DNA from: Rhodosorus marinus CCMP1338
Taxonomy: Eukaryota; Plantae; Rhodophyta
Direction of reading: 5' to 3'
Assembly (NCBI GenBank): GCA_029953675.1
Contig: JAMWBK010000003.1
Location: forward strand, 1,674,001 to 1,738,000
Length of the DNA: 64,000 bases
Shown here: piece after piece, positions 10,516 through 23,364 of the stretch
Layout of the letters: each line of letters starts with the position of its first letter
Position numbering within the stretch: the first letter of the stretch is position 1
Notes under the pieces: generated by a model
Seen by the model: only the letters and a program-made list of their open reading frames with translations
Database searches by the model: none
Told to the model about the DNA's origin: nothing
Translations under genes and position numbers: made by a program

Positions 10516-12657
10516 CTAAGGCGTCGGAGATGATCTCCGAACGCGGTATTCATGCTTGTTCAGCTCCTGAGATTTCCCAACAGCGTCTAAAAGCTCCTCG
10601 CCGACGACCAGAATTTGTCGAAAGTTTCTTCGCGCACATGTCAGAGATGCAAAATCAGTTACGAACGCGTTCGCCTCACAACCCGTTGCTACCGTATCAA
10701 AGCTCCTGGCAAAATCAGATCATCGTCGACCAAAACACACACGCGTGATGCTTAGCGGGTCAATACATACACGCCAAGAAGCAGAAGAAGTTTTTAAGCG
10801 CTGAAACGGACTTGTGACTCTTTTCAGCGGGAGGTAGCCCCGGCGGCTGAGCACTCAGAAGGATGTCTGACTTTGTCAAAAGCTTAACAGCCTCTCCGAA
10901 CAGGGCATTCTCCATGTCGACGCGGATTCGGTTTACTCTTTCACGCATTTCTGCTGTGTTAATCACATGACGATCGCCCAACTCCAACGCAAGCTCGCTG
11001 TAGACCATCGCAAGCGAATCCAGACTGTCGAAGAAAACCGTCATCCAAACCTCAGATTCACGCGAGATGGTCTCCGCCTCCAGTGATTCACTTAACAGCG
11101 AGCTCATCGTCGTGACAAAGAAAGCGCTCTAGCATGACAATCATAGACATGGAGAAAGACCGTGAGACAAGGAAGGAGAATGCCCGCTTGAGGCGGAAGC
11201 CGCGCTTCGAAAGTACTCGTTCTTCAACACGGGAACGATGGGAGTCGGGGGTCAGTCAAAATCCGTGACCAGACATTAAGAGAGGAGGACGCACGGTAGC
11301 AAAGACCTCATGGAGTTTCCGACCGTTTACGGTAGCGCTTGAACGATAAGAAAAGTATCTCCGCTCTCGTCAAGTTCCCTCTATAACCTGAATTATCCAA
11401 ATTTGTGATGATGGAATGTAGCTTTGGCTCCTATGCCTTCCTCCACTCGATGACGGCAGTGCAAAGCTTTGTAAAGCATGCGCGCTCAGCGAGATGAGAC
11501 CCGGACAAGCTAGCTCCAAGAAGCATGCTGCGGCAAGGGGTGATTTGGACGAGAAACCGTACCTGTCTGCATCTTCGGAAAACTTCTGCGTACATTTCTC
11601 CCTTCGAGCGTGCGATGGGAAGGTAAAACTGGCGCCGACTTCCAAGCCTGCTGAGCGGTTTGAACTCCCAATCCAGGGCGGCAAGCATAGCATCCTCCTT
11701 CTTCCTGGTGTTGATTAGTGCTTGGAACTTGGAGATCACCTCATCATCGGCCTCTTCTAGATTGTCGTCTCTATGCAAAACGCCTTCCGTCTCTTTTCTT
11801 CTGTTGACGCTGACAAGCTTAATCATTTCAGAGAGGCTTTCAATGCTAGTCGACATCATTGTAACTGGAGCAAAACGATACATTTGCAAGAGTAGAATCA
11901 GCTGTCACCCAGAAGCTCCTCGAGGTCGTTTTACATTACCTATTCGATCGGAAGCAAAGCTGTCATAGCCGTAGATCCGTTCAACCACCAGCCAAAGAAT
12001 GCAGCCGAAGCTTATGCTGGTAACTCTCAGAAAAGCTATTGAGGTCTGCTCATCGTTGATGTAGTCATAGCACACGATGAGTGCGCACGCAACACGCATC
12101 ATGACGAAGCTGTACTTGAAGGTCTTCAAGCTGGGAGATTGCTCAATGTACGAGCAAACCGTGTTAATCGTAAGCACCGATATAATTACTTCTGGCCAAT
12201 TGTACAAGTGAAGCACCCTGAGGGCGAATCTAACGATTCCAGAAAGCACTGTTTTTTCGTTTGGCATACACACGACAGGAATCAAAATCTTATCGTTTAG
12301 ATAGATCTTGAAGCGCCTCAGCAGGCTCCCCTCTGATGAGGCGGTAAAATGTATTGAGGGTCTACAAAGAAAGGAGACCATACCCGTAGCTGCAATAGTT
12401 CCAACACATCTCTGAACACCTTTCGTGGTGCTTTCACCGACTATAGGCTGCGCAACAACTTGGACCGTGATGAAGACCCAAATCGGTTGGTAGATATCAA
12501 CTCCAATGTCCTGCATGCTGATGAACACTAGTGCTATAGCTATAGCTGATGCGAAGAATAGCCGAAGGCAGAACCTCGCTCGCTCGGGTTTCAAACCCAG
12601 AAGCGTCCATACTCGAAGATCCAACTCCTCGAATGCCGTCCATAATCCTTCCAGCAT
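10516..12657 (-). CDS. ALMT/FUSC (aromatic acid exporter-like) membrane transporter; multi-exon
   Basis: The N-terminal TM bundle has WVFITVQVVAQPIVGESTTKGVQRCVGT and KYSFVMM...IAFLRVTSISFGCIL, matching the ALMT/FUSC pattern. A helical C-terminal domain continues through ORFs 11431-11889 and 10760-11107. The last exon is inferred to end ...RRSSPTP* at 10516. Confidence 0.75.
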
Positions 12658-13555
12658 CTTTGAAGAGACAACTTCTCTATCCCCAAAGCCTTCCCGGGTC
12701 GTCGATGGAAATGGTCTATACCATCCTCCGTTTCGAAAGTGAGTTCAGTCAGCGGTCACTCCCAAACCTCTCAGCTCAAGTCTTCAAGCTCTACAGATGA
12801 TAAAAGAGGCGACGTTAGCCTCTATCAAACCAAGCAATCATATCTTTAGAAACTGACCTTCCCAACCCATACCAGAAACAGACCAGTCAAAGGCCCTCCT
12901 CCTCAGCTCGTTCTTGACGAAGACGACTAGAACGAGATGTTTCACAGAAAATCTAGGCAAAATTTTGTTCGGACAGAAACGAGTCTAACTATGGGAAAAG
13001 AGAGTCATCAATGCGACATACCTTCTGCTACCCACGTCGTCTTCCTCAAGGCATTGAGATCCTACTCCACCGGATCTTTTGAGAGTCGTCAGTTTTACTG
13101 ACATTCGCAAGCGAAGGAGCCAGCAATGGCGAATCAACATATGACCATGGACTTGAGTGGTAGTCCCGAAGGCGAGAGGTGGACACAGTCTCTAGCTACG
13201 GACCTTAGACGACTTCATGCGAAGCACCGAAGTGGTCTGTTTCACGCGAGCAGAGGTGTGGACTGACATAGCCTTGGCGAGGTGGTAAGAAAATCATTTC
13301 CACGATGGAGATGAGGGAATAGATTCTATTCCAGGTCAGGTTGACTGAGGAGCCACGGGCTTCCTGCAGTACGCTCGGATGTCGAAAGGGTTGCGTGCGC
13401 AGTTTGCTGCCGACGTTCCAGCAAAATTATCAACCGGGCGCTCGGCCATCTCAAGGGCTGGTTAGCATTTTCATGTTTCGAGGAGATTCGAAGCGGAACC
13501 CCAGAAGTTCTTTTATGGTAAATCTATTCTTTCTTAATAGGCAGGTTCCCGCGAT

Positions 13556-14461
13556 CTACCTGTGTCTGTTTCTGTCGTTGGCCATTCCCCTATCGATACA
13601 GTAGAACTTGATATCTTTGCCATAGGTCTGGTAAAACTCCCTTCTCCATAGATGAATCTTATGCCTCAGTTCATCTCTCTGAAGATTGCTCACCGACGAC
13701 TTGGTCGCATGGAAGGTGCTGGACTCGAAATCGACCTGCTCATCTCCCCACCATGAACCAAATAGCCTCTGGAGCGTGCTATGATCGTCAATATCAACAA
13801 TGTGGTCATACTTGACCTTGTCGACTTGGCAGTAAGGTACCTGTGGCCATCCGTGCGGATCCTTTAAGCCCCTCACGTCGATGTACAGGGCCAGATTCTT
13901 CAGAAACAGCTCAAAGCTTGGAATGCGATAGTCCCAGATAAACGCTTGCGATATCCATGACCGGCTATAGAACTTGGGAGTGAACTTGTGAAGGTATAGG
14001 GATATCAACCGATCCAGCGGGTTCCGATAAACGAAAATCTTCGTGTAGTTGGTCGTTGGGAAGGACTGCTTAAATGGTCCAAAGTCCTTCTCGAATTGGT
14101 CAGCCTGCCTGTTCTGCTCATTCGATGGTACAGTATAACCCTTATGTCGCGACATGAAATTCCTGTACTCGTACTGCATTTTCGTAATTCCAGACTTGGG
14201 CGTAACGCAGATGTACAGCTTGTTGACCGGGTCAATAATTGGCCGTGGATAGATATTCCAGTCAAACGGTTCAAGCTCCCCAAGGTCTTCGTTGAGGTAG
14301 TCACAAAAGTCGGGCGACCCAAACGTACTCCTCACGGCCCTCGCGGCCGGTTGCAAACTCTTCGTCAAGGCCACAACCGCAAAAATCAACACCAAAGCTA
14401 GGCCCGCGAGCAAAAAAATCGCTCGCCGTCTTCCCGTAGCCTTGCCGCTGTTCCCCTTCAT
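13556..14461 (-). CDS. Golgi-type carbohydrate sulfotransferase (Sulfotransfer_2/CHST-HNK1 family), copy 1, intronless
   Basis: ATG at 14461 (MKGNSGK). Type II TM anchor, 5'-PSB-like CVTPKSGIT, 3'-PB-like YRNPLDRLISLY, then DPHGWPQ..C...YD. Confidence 0.88.
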   Translation of the reverse strand: MKGNSGKATGRRRAIFLLAGLALVLIFAVVALTKSLQPAARAVRSTFGSPDFCDYLNEDLGELEPFDWNIYPRPIIDPVNKLYICVTPKSGITKMQYEYRNFMSRHKGYTVPSNEQNRQADQFEKDFGPFKQSFPTTNYTKIFVYRNPLDRLISLYLHKFTPKFYSRSWISQAFIWDYRIPSFELFLKNLALYIDVRGLKDPHGWPQVPYCQVDKVKYDHIVDIDDHSTLQRLFGSWWGDEQVDFESSTFHATKSSVSNLQRDELRHKIHLWRREFYQTYGKDIKFYCIDRGMANDRNRHR

Positions 14462-14649
14462 CTTTGCCAAAAAAAAATACCCCGCTGAAAACACAACGTC
14501 CCAAACAAAATCAAAAAAGCAACCAAAAATAGAAAACACTCAAAAGATCCTCAGTGAGCGCCTCCCTCCCCCGTCCCCTTCTCGTCTCCTTCCTTCCCCA
14601 CCCAAACTGTACGCATCAAGAGCGCGATCAAACCTCCATCGCCAACGCG

Positions 14650-14794
14650 CGACTTGACGAAGGACCGGTACCTGCCAAAGACCATCCGAGAGAATCCTCT
14701 AGACCTCTCACGTTGATATACAGGATCAGATTATTTGGGAAGATCTCAAAGCTTGGAATGCGGTAGTCCTAGATAAACACTTTCGATATCCATG
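14650..14794 (-). pseudogene. Degenerate fragment of a third sulfotransferase copy
   Basis: Nucleotide match to ~13815-13960 of copy 1. Translates WISKVFI*DYRIPSFEIFPNNLILYINVRGLED versus WISQAFIWDYRIPSFELFLKNLALYIDVRGLKD. TGG>TAG stop at 14769-14771 and an indel after the W of WPQV. Confidence 0.85.
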
Positions 14795-16303
14795 CGCGAG
14801 CTTTACGCGACACCCAAACAATATTCCCAAAGAGCTTTCTTCTTCCTCAACCGGCCCAAAGAAAGAATACCAAGGCCGCTGGCCCTTAGTTGCGTGATGG
14901 CGTTAACATGACCGCCTTGATGATCTTTCTCGACCGTATGGTTCTTTTGAGTATGACTGTATGGAGCTGGAACGCTGCCTTAGAACTCTGGAGGCGTTCT
15001 GTCTGTGCTCGCCCTAGTGCGCCTGGACGAGCGGACCTCGGAATCTATATAAGCCGATCCGCTTCTTTCGGCTCTCTGCACATGGAATCATTTCCTTTAT
15101 AAAACCAACCAAAAACAAATATACTGTGTTGCTTCAAAATCACATAAATAGTTTCGCAATTACATAACCATTGCATAAATATTTCTTTCTTTCTTAATTA
15201 TTATTAACGATATCGAATAATTCAGTCCCTTTTTGCTCCGAAAATACTGCTTTTGGGAGCTCTCCCAAAAACATCTATATAAGTTTTAGAAAATTTCAAC
15301 AACCTTTTCTATTAAATTTTATCGAATAAAAATATCGTTTTGGAGGCCACTTTTTGTTGAAAAATCTATGACTAGAAGATGTAAAATGGAAATAATTTAG
15401 AGATCGGGTCGGATTGAGTAAATATTAAACTCTAGAAATAATTAGATACATATTGGTTCACGTTTTAGAGTTGTTTTTGGGCACTGCTGAGGCTTGTAGG
15501 ACTGAGTTGTTGGATCCGCGTTTCCTAGGCCGTGGAAAACGGCGATTGATAGGGAAAGATTGTGAGCAAGGCTAGGCTACAGAGGTGAGGTGGCTACAGG
15601 ACGTCAAACAGTTCACTCTGCAGCAATACATCTCCCCTGTCGTCTGCAAACTTGGAATCTATACTCAAAATCGATCTGGTGCAGAACACCAAGGACACGT
15701 ACAGCTCGATGAGATGGATGCCCAAGGTACCCCAGTGCTAGCTCCGTGAGCTGGGAAGGGAGGTTTTACAACAAAACGCTCTTGCCGCTCCGAAGTACTT
15801 GTTGCAGATGACAAGCTCCCGAACCACAAACATCGGCACGCTCTTGAAGCCGACTAGACGCATGCACACCTCCTGTAAAACATCGAACTTTCTCCCGCAA
15901 GTCCTTGCGCATCCGTTGTTGTCTTGTCGCCAGGATCTTTGGACGTCCAACCTTAAAGTCCATGCATGCTATGACAGCACAACTGCATACATCCTGAGCC
16001 CAAGCGCTGGACAAGATCAGAAATATCGTATTCTGCGAGTTAGACTTTCATCGTCACCTCCCGGGTGAGCCAGCGGAATCAGCTGAACAATGCGCTCGGA
16101 CCGATAGCGAGATCATATTCTTCTCCTATTTTGCTTCAGTTTAACATAGTCCTCTTTGTACAAACACCAGACCAAGAGTGTTGAATAAGTAAACTGGCGA
16201 AGGACCCCGTTTTGCTTTTCTTGACTTGATTTGTCCTCCATGGCCGATCCCGATCCGATTGCGCATCAGTTAAGATCGAGCTTACCATCAGCCGCGTTTC
16301 CCT

Positions 16304-17185
16304 TCAGAAAGCTCGATCCGTGTTGCCCTTGTTCCCTCGGTCTTTGCAGTAGTAGTCTATATCCCTCCAGTACGCGCCGGTGAAGCTGTCACGCCACAGC
16401 TCTACCTTCTCACGCAGCTGTATATGTGCTTGAGTGTGACCTGCCTTGGTTTTGGTCGCATGCGCAGTTCCCACTTCGAAGTCGATGTCCTTCTCACCCC
16501 AGTATGGAGCGAACAGCTCCGTAAGCGCCCGATGATCGTCGATGTCAACTTCCTTGTCATAGTGAAAGTTGTCTACTCGACAGTAGTCTACTTGAGGCCA
16601 TATATGCGGATCGTCCAGTCCGTGCATAATATAGTAGTACAAATTCTTCAGCAGCAGATCTACGCTGGGAACGCGAAAGTCATTTATGAACACCATCGAC
16701 ACCCAAGACTGACTGTAGCGCTCGTCTGTAAACTTGTCCTGCCAGAGAGATATGAACCTGTCCACCGGATTCCTATAAATAAAGATCTTGGTAAAGTTTG
16801 ACGCCGGGAACGAGTGCTCAATTGGGCCATACAAGTCGACAAACTTATCCTGCTCCTTATTCTGGGCGTTGGCAGGAACTTTATAGCCTCGTTCCCTCGA
16901 CAGATAAGCCTTGAACTCTGCTTGTATTTTGGTGATCCCCGCTTTTGGAGTAACACAAATATACAGCTTGTTCTTGTGGTCAATAACCGGTCTTTGGTAT
17001 TTATTATACGCGGGATAAGTGTGCTTCTCAACCGAATCGAGAGAGGTATAGTCGCAAAAGTCAGTTACGCCCGATCCCTTCCAAGTCAGGACTAGTCGAA
17101 AAACCCCAGCAGCAACAACCACAATCGTAACGATCAAAGCTGCATTCAAGGCCACGTCGACCTTGATCTTACTTTTTCGCTTCAT
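16304..17185 (-). CDS. Golgi-type carbohydrate sulfotransferase, copy 2, intronless
   Basis: TM anchor, CVTPKAGIT, YRNPVDRFISLW, DPHIWPQVDYC. Collinear with copy 1 at roughly half identity by eye. Confidence 0.88.
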   Translation of the reverse strand: MKRKSKIKVDVALNAALIVTIVVVAAGVFRLVLTWKGSGVTDFCDYTSLDSVEKHTYPAYNKYQRPVIDHKNKLYICVTPKAGITKIQAEFKAYLSRERGYKVPANAQNKEQDKFVDLYGPIEHSFPASNFTKIFIYRNPVDRFISLWQDKFTDERYSQSWVSMVFINDFRVPSVDLLLKNLYYYIMHGLDDPHIWPQVDYCRVDNFHYDKEVDIDDHRALTELFAPYWGEKDIDFEVGTAHATKTKAGHTQAHIQLREKVELWRDSFTGAYWRDIDYYCKDRGNKGNTDRAF

Positions 17186-19311
17186 AATATCTCACAAGAA
17201 AACCCAAAACCACCCTCCACACAAAGCAAAACAAACGAAAACAAACCCAAACGAGTCTCCCGTCCCCACAAGAACAACAATACCTCTACGCGCGAAAAAA
17301 ACAATCCCACCGTTCCACACAAACGCAATTCTCAAAAATCAAATCTAAAGCACGAAGATTGTACATCAAAACCTTGACCATCCTCTCCTCCCTCCTCAAC
17401 CACCACTCCCACTCAAAGTCTCCATCGCGCAGTCAAGATCCTCATCAAGTCGTCCCATTCCGAAACAATTCAAACCATTTCGATTTCAATCATTTTAAAA
17501 ACAAACAAAAAAACAACATATCCACTCCAACCAAAAAGGCCCGCCGCAACTTATAAAGTTATTAATTTCCAGCGCCAAAATCTCACCCCTTTTTCAATTC
17601 CGTTCTTTTTGTACAAAATCTCTCCTTATGAACCTTGGAAGTGGGAAATCATGGACTTTAGTCAAACACGAATATTTCTCCCCCTCCCCCCCCCCTTTCC
17701 CACATCAACTTAGCAGCAACTAAAAACAAATCATATTTCAATAAATAAATAAGAAAATTATTACAAAATACTGTACCCTAATTATAATAACCAAAAATTA
17801 TATGTATTCACCGCTTACAGAGATCTTGCTTCTAAAAATATTTATTAAATTATAAGACAACGATGGAATAAATATATCTGAAAAGAAAGAGACGACCACA
17901 CAAAAATCTATCAAAAACTTCATATTTATAATTTATATGTACGTTTCTTTTCAAATAATTAGCTCGCATCAGTCTATAAAGCAGTCAATATCATGCGCAT
18001 ACCCAATATAGTTTAAGAAAGATTTCATGATTGAATAAAATAGAATATTTTCATGAAACTTATTTTTGATTCTGCCACAGAAAATTCCTGGCAGGCGGGG
18101 GGGAGGGGGGGGTAATGGTCTCTTGAAATATTCAGAAGTAAATATTAAGGAATATTTGTGAGGAGTATTTTTGTATTTTTGTTTTGGTAAATTTTGCTCT
18201 GAAATTTATTTATTTTTTCGTTCGTTTTTTTTAATGTCGCTTGAGAATTTTGTTTTGTTTTATTTTTGAGAGGTGAAAATGCGTTTTGTTGTTTTGAAAT
18301 AATTACTATGGCCAAATTTTTGTTCTTTTGGCCATGTGGCCAATGTTTGCTTTTGGGGATTGACGTAATGGCACTGAAGGAGCCGATCGTCTTGACCACT
18401 TGGGAAATCGAAACAACCCCAAGCGGATATGTTCATAGGGCATTGAAACGGGAGCCACACACACCGTTTGACTAGTTCAGCTGTGGAAACACTCAACGGA
18501 TAGTTACCCGCATTCTCATATTGTAATGATCGAGTTTCCCCGACCCCGCGCACGACCTGAAGGTGTCTGCTGTAGTGTACGTCTACAGGTTGCTTACCGC
18601 GACTCGTCTAATGCTCGTGTCGGGGGTTGGTAGGCTGTAACCGTAGCATTTACTGGACACTTGCCTAGCACAACACTGGTTCTATCACTATCTAATGGAA
18701 AAATTCAGGGTAACCAGGCTACCGGGGTCGTCGGTCAAAAGAAAGCAACGGTTGCCTACTTATTGGACAGCTGTCCCTGCGCTATTTCTGGATGTGAGGT
18801 CTCAGGTCAATGTTCGGCTGAGCGAAAGTATGCTCGAACTGGGCCAGAATCTCTGGAGGTGCAACACTTACTTGAGACTCTACTGTATTGCACATCTCGA
18901 CGGAGTAAGGGTATAACAACATCCAGATCCATGTGGACACCTGGGACACACCCCTTGCGGTTCCAACTCTGGGAAGTCTTTTAGGGGATCTCAGAGCGAC
19001 TTAGAAGAAGAGTTTAGATGATAGAGTTTTTTCTGTCACGCAAAAACAGTTTGAAAGAAAGAGGCGAAGCCGTTTCTTAAACTGTGGTAGCATGGGAAAT
19101 CCATCTTTCAAGCTAGTTTCGTTTCTTTTAAATCGTATAATGATGGCCTTTCAGTCGAAGTGGAGTCTACTTGACTGTGAATAGGTAGGCTGTAGCGGAG
19201 ACGAGTCAATGTAGGATGTTCTCAGTGCTTAGTTAGATCCTGCGTTGAAGATGCTGATCTGTTCCTAGATGGATAGAGCTCTCTGCGGGTTTCACGGTCA
19301 GAAATCCATTA

Positions 19312-19505
19312 TTAAACAACGCGCAGGCAGCATTTTAATCTCGATCAGTACTTGCAGGGTGAAAGTTTGGCACGGGATTGTACCAAGATGTGAGCGTATT
19401 GCCTAGCGTTAAACGACGTGCAGGCAGCATTTTAATCTCGATCAGTACTTGCAGGGTGAAGGTTTGGAACGGGATTGTACCAAGATGTGAGCGTATTGCC
19501 TAGCC
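19312..19505. repeat. 97-bp direct tandem duplication
   Basis: Two near-identical copies starting TTAAACAACGCGCAGGCAGC at 19312 and TTAAACGACGTGCAGGCAGC at 19409. Confidence 0.93.
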
Positions 19506-19665
19506 CTTGGTCAAATGCGCTGACACCAATGCTGCTACTACAAGCAATAATCGATCCGCTCGTCCATCGAGTTTTTGCTGCATTGCCAACAGTTAAATCT
19601 AATAAACAGGCGCCAAAAATTTACAACTCACGCGCTCGCACTCTAGTCAGTGCTGCTTGCGGCAG

Positions 19666-21178
19666 CTAGGTTTTCGGCTCGAGTGATTCGCTATCGAGCA
19701 GATGCGAGGTGTCGCTCATTCGCAAAGGTCCAGGTCCCGCTCTCGTCTTGATGAAGTACTGAACAGAATTTTCCCTCGTTCCAACTTTTCCCAAGACATG
19801 CTCACCGGCTGCGCTGAGAGGTTTGGACGGTTCATCTCGACCAATGATTGACGGAGACGAGCTGTCCACTTCCGCTGCTGATAGCCTGGGAGGGAAACAC
19901 CTAAGCATCAGGTTTGACAATTCGTTGATATCCTCCTGTTGGCAGAGAAGAACAGCATTCGGTCCAGCATCAAAGGTGTATGCAGCACGAATCTAAAGAA
20001 ATCAAGTCAGTACTGATCTGCGGAAGGGGGACTGGAATTCGTCCCAGCTGGAGACCATCCATTCCTACCTGATTGGAGTACGCGTTAAACTCCTCGACAG
20101 CTGAGATGATGGCCTTCGAAGTCTCGTTGAGGTAGAAAATAGGCGGCTCGGTATCTAAACAAACCGCATGGAACTGGTTACTGTCTTTCATCGTCAGTCT
20201 CGCCATTGTATTGAAATCCATCCGCTTGATCGCTTCCTCCATCGCTGTTATATGATCATCTACTATTGAAAGCGCTCGATACTAGATCCGCCACCAATAC
20301 ACGATCAGAGCTGCGTTCACGATAACCACAAAGAAATCATTCTATGACTACAATGGCTGCAGCCTACCTTAAGTAATTCGCTGCTTTCTACTGAGTTTCT
20401 CATCCCTTTCGTACTGCTAGTTGTCTTTTTCTGGTCCGACACGACGCAGACAAGTATTCTAACCTCCGGCCAGTACATATCATCCACAATCTACGTGACC
20501 AGCAGGAGCGCACAAAATTAGGCGCAGCGGTGGGAAGCTTTGCATCTAGAGCTTCGAGCAGGTGTTGGTTTAGCATACCTGCTCCGCTACGCTGTCCGAT
20601 CCGTCCACGAGACTTCCCTTGTTCCACTTCACAAAGCCTGAATCTAAACTTCGACATGCTGATCCAGATCCCCTTCGAGCGATACTAGAAAGCTCCCCAG
20701 GGAAAGTTTCCTTGTACTGGATGAGCTCAGCTACAGTGTACACTGAAAAAGGTTGAAATATGTTACGTCAGTCCCACAATGCTCCACCCTCTATTCGGAG
20801 ACTGAGTATGGGAATACCTAGACAGGCCAATCCCGCTGCAGAAGAGGCCAAGCCTGCAGCTGTTGGGAAATTGTTCACTGAAGCAATCCTGAACCCAAGG
20901 TTGCGGAACTCGGGCCTGCTTCTACTTCGAAGTTCATCGAGCACGAATCGTATTCTCAAGTTCGCATCCACATCCAGCTCCTCCCCGTTTAACCACATAC
21001 GAATCGAAGAGTCGTGCTCATACCAAGCCACCGTCGTGGTTGTTCTCAGCGACTCCTGGTGAAGCGTGATGCTCAGCGAAGAGTTCAGCGGTATGATCAG
21101 ATCCTCGTCAAGCTTTCCCCAATACTTGATCAACGCTATGTTCACAGGGGCTGTACACGTAACCATTCTTCTCTCCAT
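19666..21178 (-). CDS. MVD: Diphosphomevalonate decarboxylase; 5 exons
   Basis: [60 protein letters not shown] and [10 protein letters not shown] motifs are joined by short introns (e.g. 20743-20817). Confidence 0.96.
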
Positions 21179-22204
21179 CTTTCCAAATCCTTGCCAATGC
21201 AAACTACCGAAAAACAGAAAGAAGGTCAGACATACCCAAGATGCAATCAGCAGAAGACTTCCTTTCAAAGCGCATCCGATCCACACAGGGGTGTGTTGCG
21301 TCGTCAACTACACTTCGGGAACCGATAGGGGTAGGTCTGCAGGATGAAGGAGACCAAAAACGTATCTTCAACCGGAATATGCGTAGGAACGGTCGCTATC
21401 TAGTACATATAGACGATTCAGCTCAGTAATGAGTACTCTAATCATCGTCAACATCATAGTGTTCCCAGCAACATCGCCCGGTTCTGGGTGCTGGTTCAAC
21501 ACCCCAGGGCGCTTAGGACGGACCGATTCGGCTACGGAAGAGGCTGAAAATCTATATGCTGCTCAGTAAATAAGGTGGAATACAGAAGAAGAACAGATTG
21601 ATGCAACACACAGTCCTCAACGTTCGTCCATTTATCTCACATCATCCAAGCCATCTGTACGGACATGGAACATATCAAGAATACCGGATCCGTTTCGGTT
21701 GCTAAAACGAGAAATGTTAATCCCGTGTCTAAAAGTAGTTATTTTCTTCATCCATTAATTGTGCAGTAATAATTGAGGGGTGAGGGGAAAGAGTGTCGAG
21801 AAAATTTTGTCCCACCCCACTTGGGACAGAACCAAGCAGACTTAGCTTGACGGTGGGATCAAGTACGACAACGATCGGCCAATCGACTTTCCATGAATCC
21901 TAATATCTCAAGTATGGACCCTTCCTGTCTGCATTCAGTGGAGACTTCGGCCTTCGAGCTGTTCCTTCCCTGCGAGTGCAATGCCTCCTCGCAGCGATCC
22001 ATTTAGCAGCTACGTTGTTGGGTATATAGTTTTCGGCTCTGAGCGATTACCGCATAAGGAATTGTTATATATTATCTCTGCTTGTACGTGAACAAGCAGT
22101 TGACGTGAAGCTGGTTTTCTATCTCAGTGTACTTTCCTCCGGAGGGTCCAAACTTTGGAATGGAAAGCACAAACAGATCATCTAATGTACGCTCAGTAGG
22201 GAGC

Positions 22205-23364
22205 TTACATCGCCACTGGAGCTGCTTCCTCTGGTGCTACTTGCTCGGTCGTCGAAGGTTCCTCCGTTCTCGGCTTTAAACTCCTTCCAAACTGCCAGTA
22301 GTATCCCTATTGCACAGGAACGAATGACAAGGACGAGTAGAATATGCGGAACGTCAGTCACAGATGTCGAGGAACCAAACTCTTTCTTTGAGGAGACGAG
22401 TGCCAAACCTGCTGCTGATGAACAAATGTATAGTAGTCTTGTCTAATGAACAAAAGGCAAAGCGTAAAATAACGAACGTTCAGTTAAAAGGGCCAGCCAA
22501 GCTCGGCTGCAACTGGCGGTCAATAGATAAAGCCATTTCCATCGATTGCTTTGCTCAGTTCTCTTTGAGATGAATCACGACACGCTGTGTAGAGTTCTGG
22601 TTGAGTAGTTTTCTTAATCTTACCTCTTCAAGGCTTCTCTAAATTCCTCTTCCTGAAGAAGTCGAAGGAAGTATAGGCAATGTGGAAACACAATAAACTT
22701 TGCGTATGAGGGAAGTCTCCTGCATTTGTGATTGCAAATAACACCGAAGCAAATATTAGTGAAGCTGTGTAATGACCATAGTGAGGGTGGTTGTATTCTG
22801 ACCAGTATTGAAGATACTTCAAGTAATCAAGGAAATCCTTATCCTCGAAGAAACGATTTTGAGCCAAATCTAGAGTGAACGCAGAAATACTTTCTAGGAT
22901 TAGAACAGCTCAATTTTCGCTGAAGGAGAGTCCGCGGGTCAAGGATTGTGCTCACAATGTAGATATCCAGGGCTCGCGAGGCACTGCACGAATTCGAGCT
23001 CCGTTTCAAATCGGATCTGATCCTCATCAACCTCCGCAGGATCGTCTTCTTTCACCGTCACTTGCTCAGATTTTTCAACTGATTTTACCTCATCGGATTT
23101 ACCATCCACCACCTCCACCACCTCCTCCTTCTTATCCGCCTCCCCGAAACCTCCTACGCCCAGCAGTTCATCTCCAATCGTCGCTTCCGCGACTTTGCCC
23201 CCCTCCTCTCCATCAGCTTCCACCATTGGCACATCAATATTCTCCTCATCCATCCCTACAGCTTCCACAACCTCAGGTTCTTTATTACCTTCAAAATCCA
23301 TTTCTCCATCCCCAATCCCAAACAAATCACCTACTTCAACCTTGTCGCCCTCATCATCCGCCAT
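22205..23364 (-). CDS. MED31: Mediator subunit 31 (SOH1) with acidic N-terminal extension; 5 exons
   Basis: RFETELEFVQCLASPGYLH|YLAQNRFFED..FLDYLKYLQYW|R.PSYAKFIVFPHCLYFLRLLQEEEFR...|FVHQQQ|GYYWQ. Confidence 0.93.

Noticed and set aside
13100-13550. Short ORFs with one donor/acceptor pair on +
   Set aside because: No consistent open spliced frame was found.
17680-18112. C-run and G-run as terminal inverted repeats of a MITE
   Set aside because: Complementarity is limited to the homopolymer-like tracts and the flanks do not pair.
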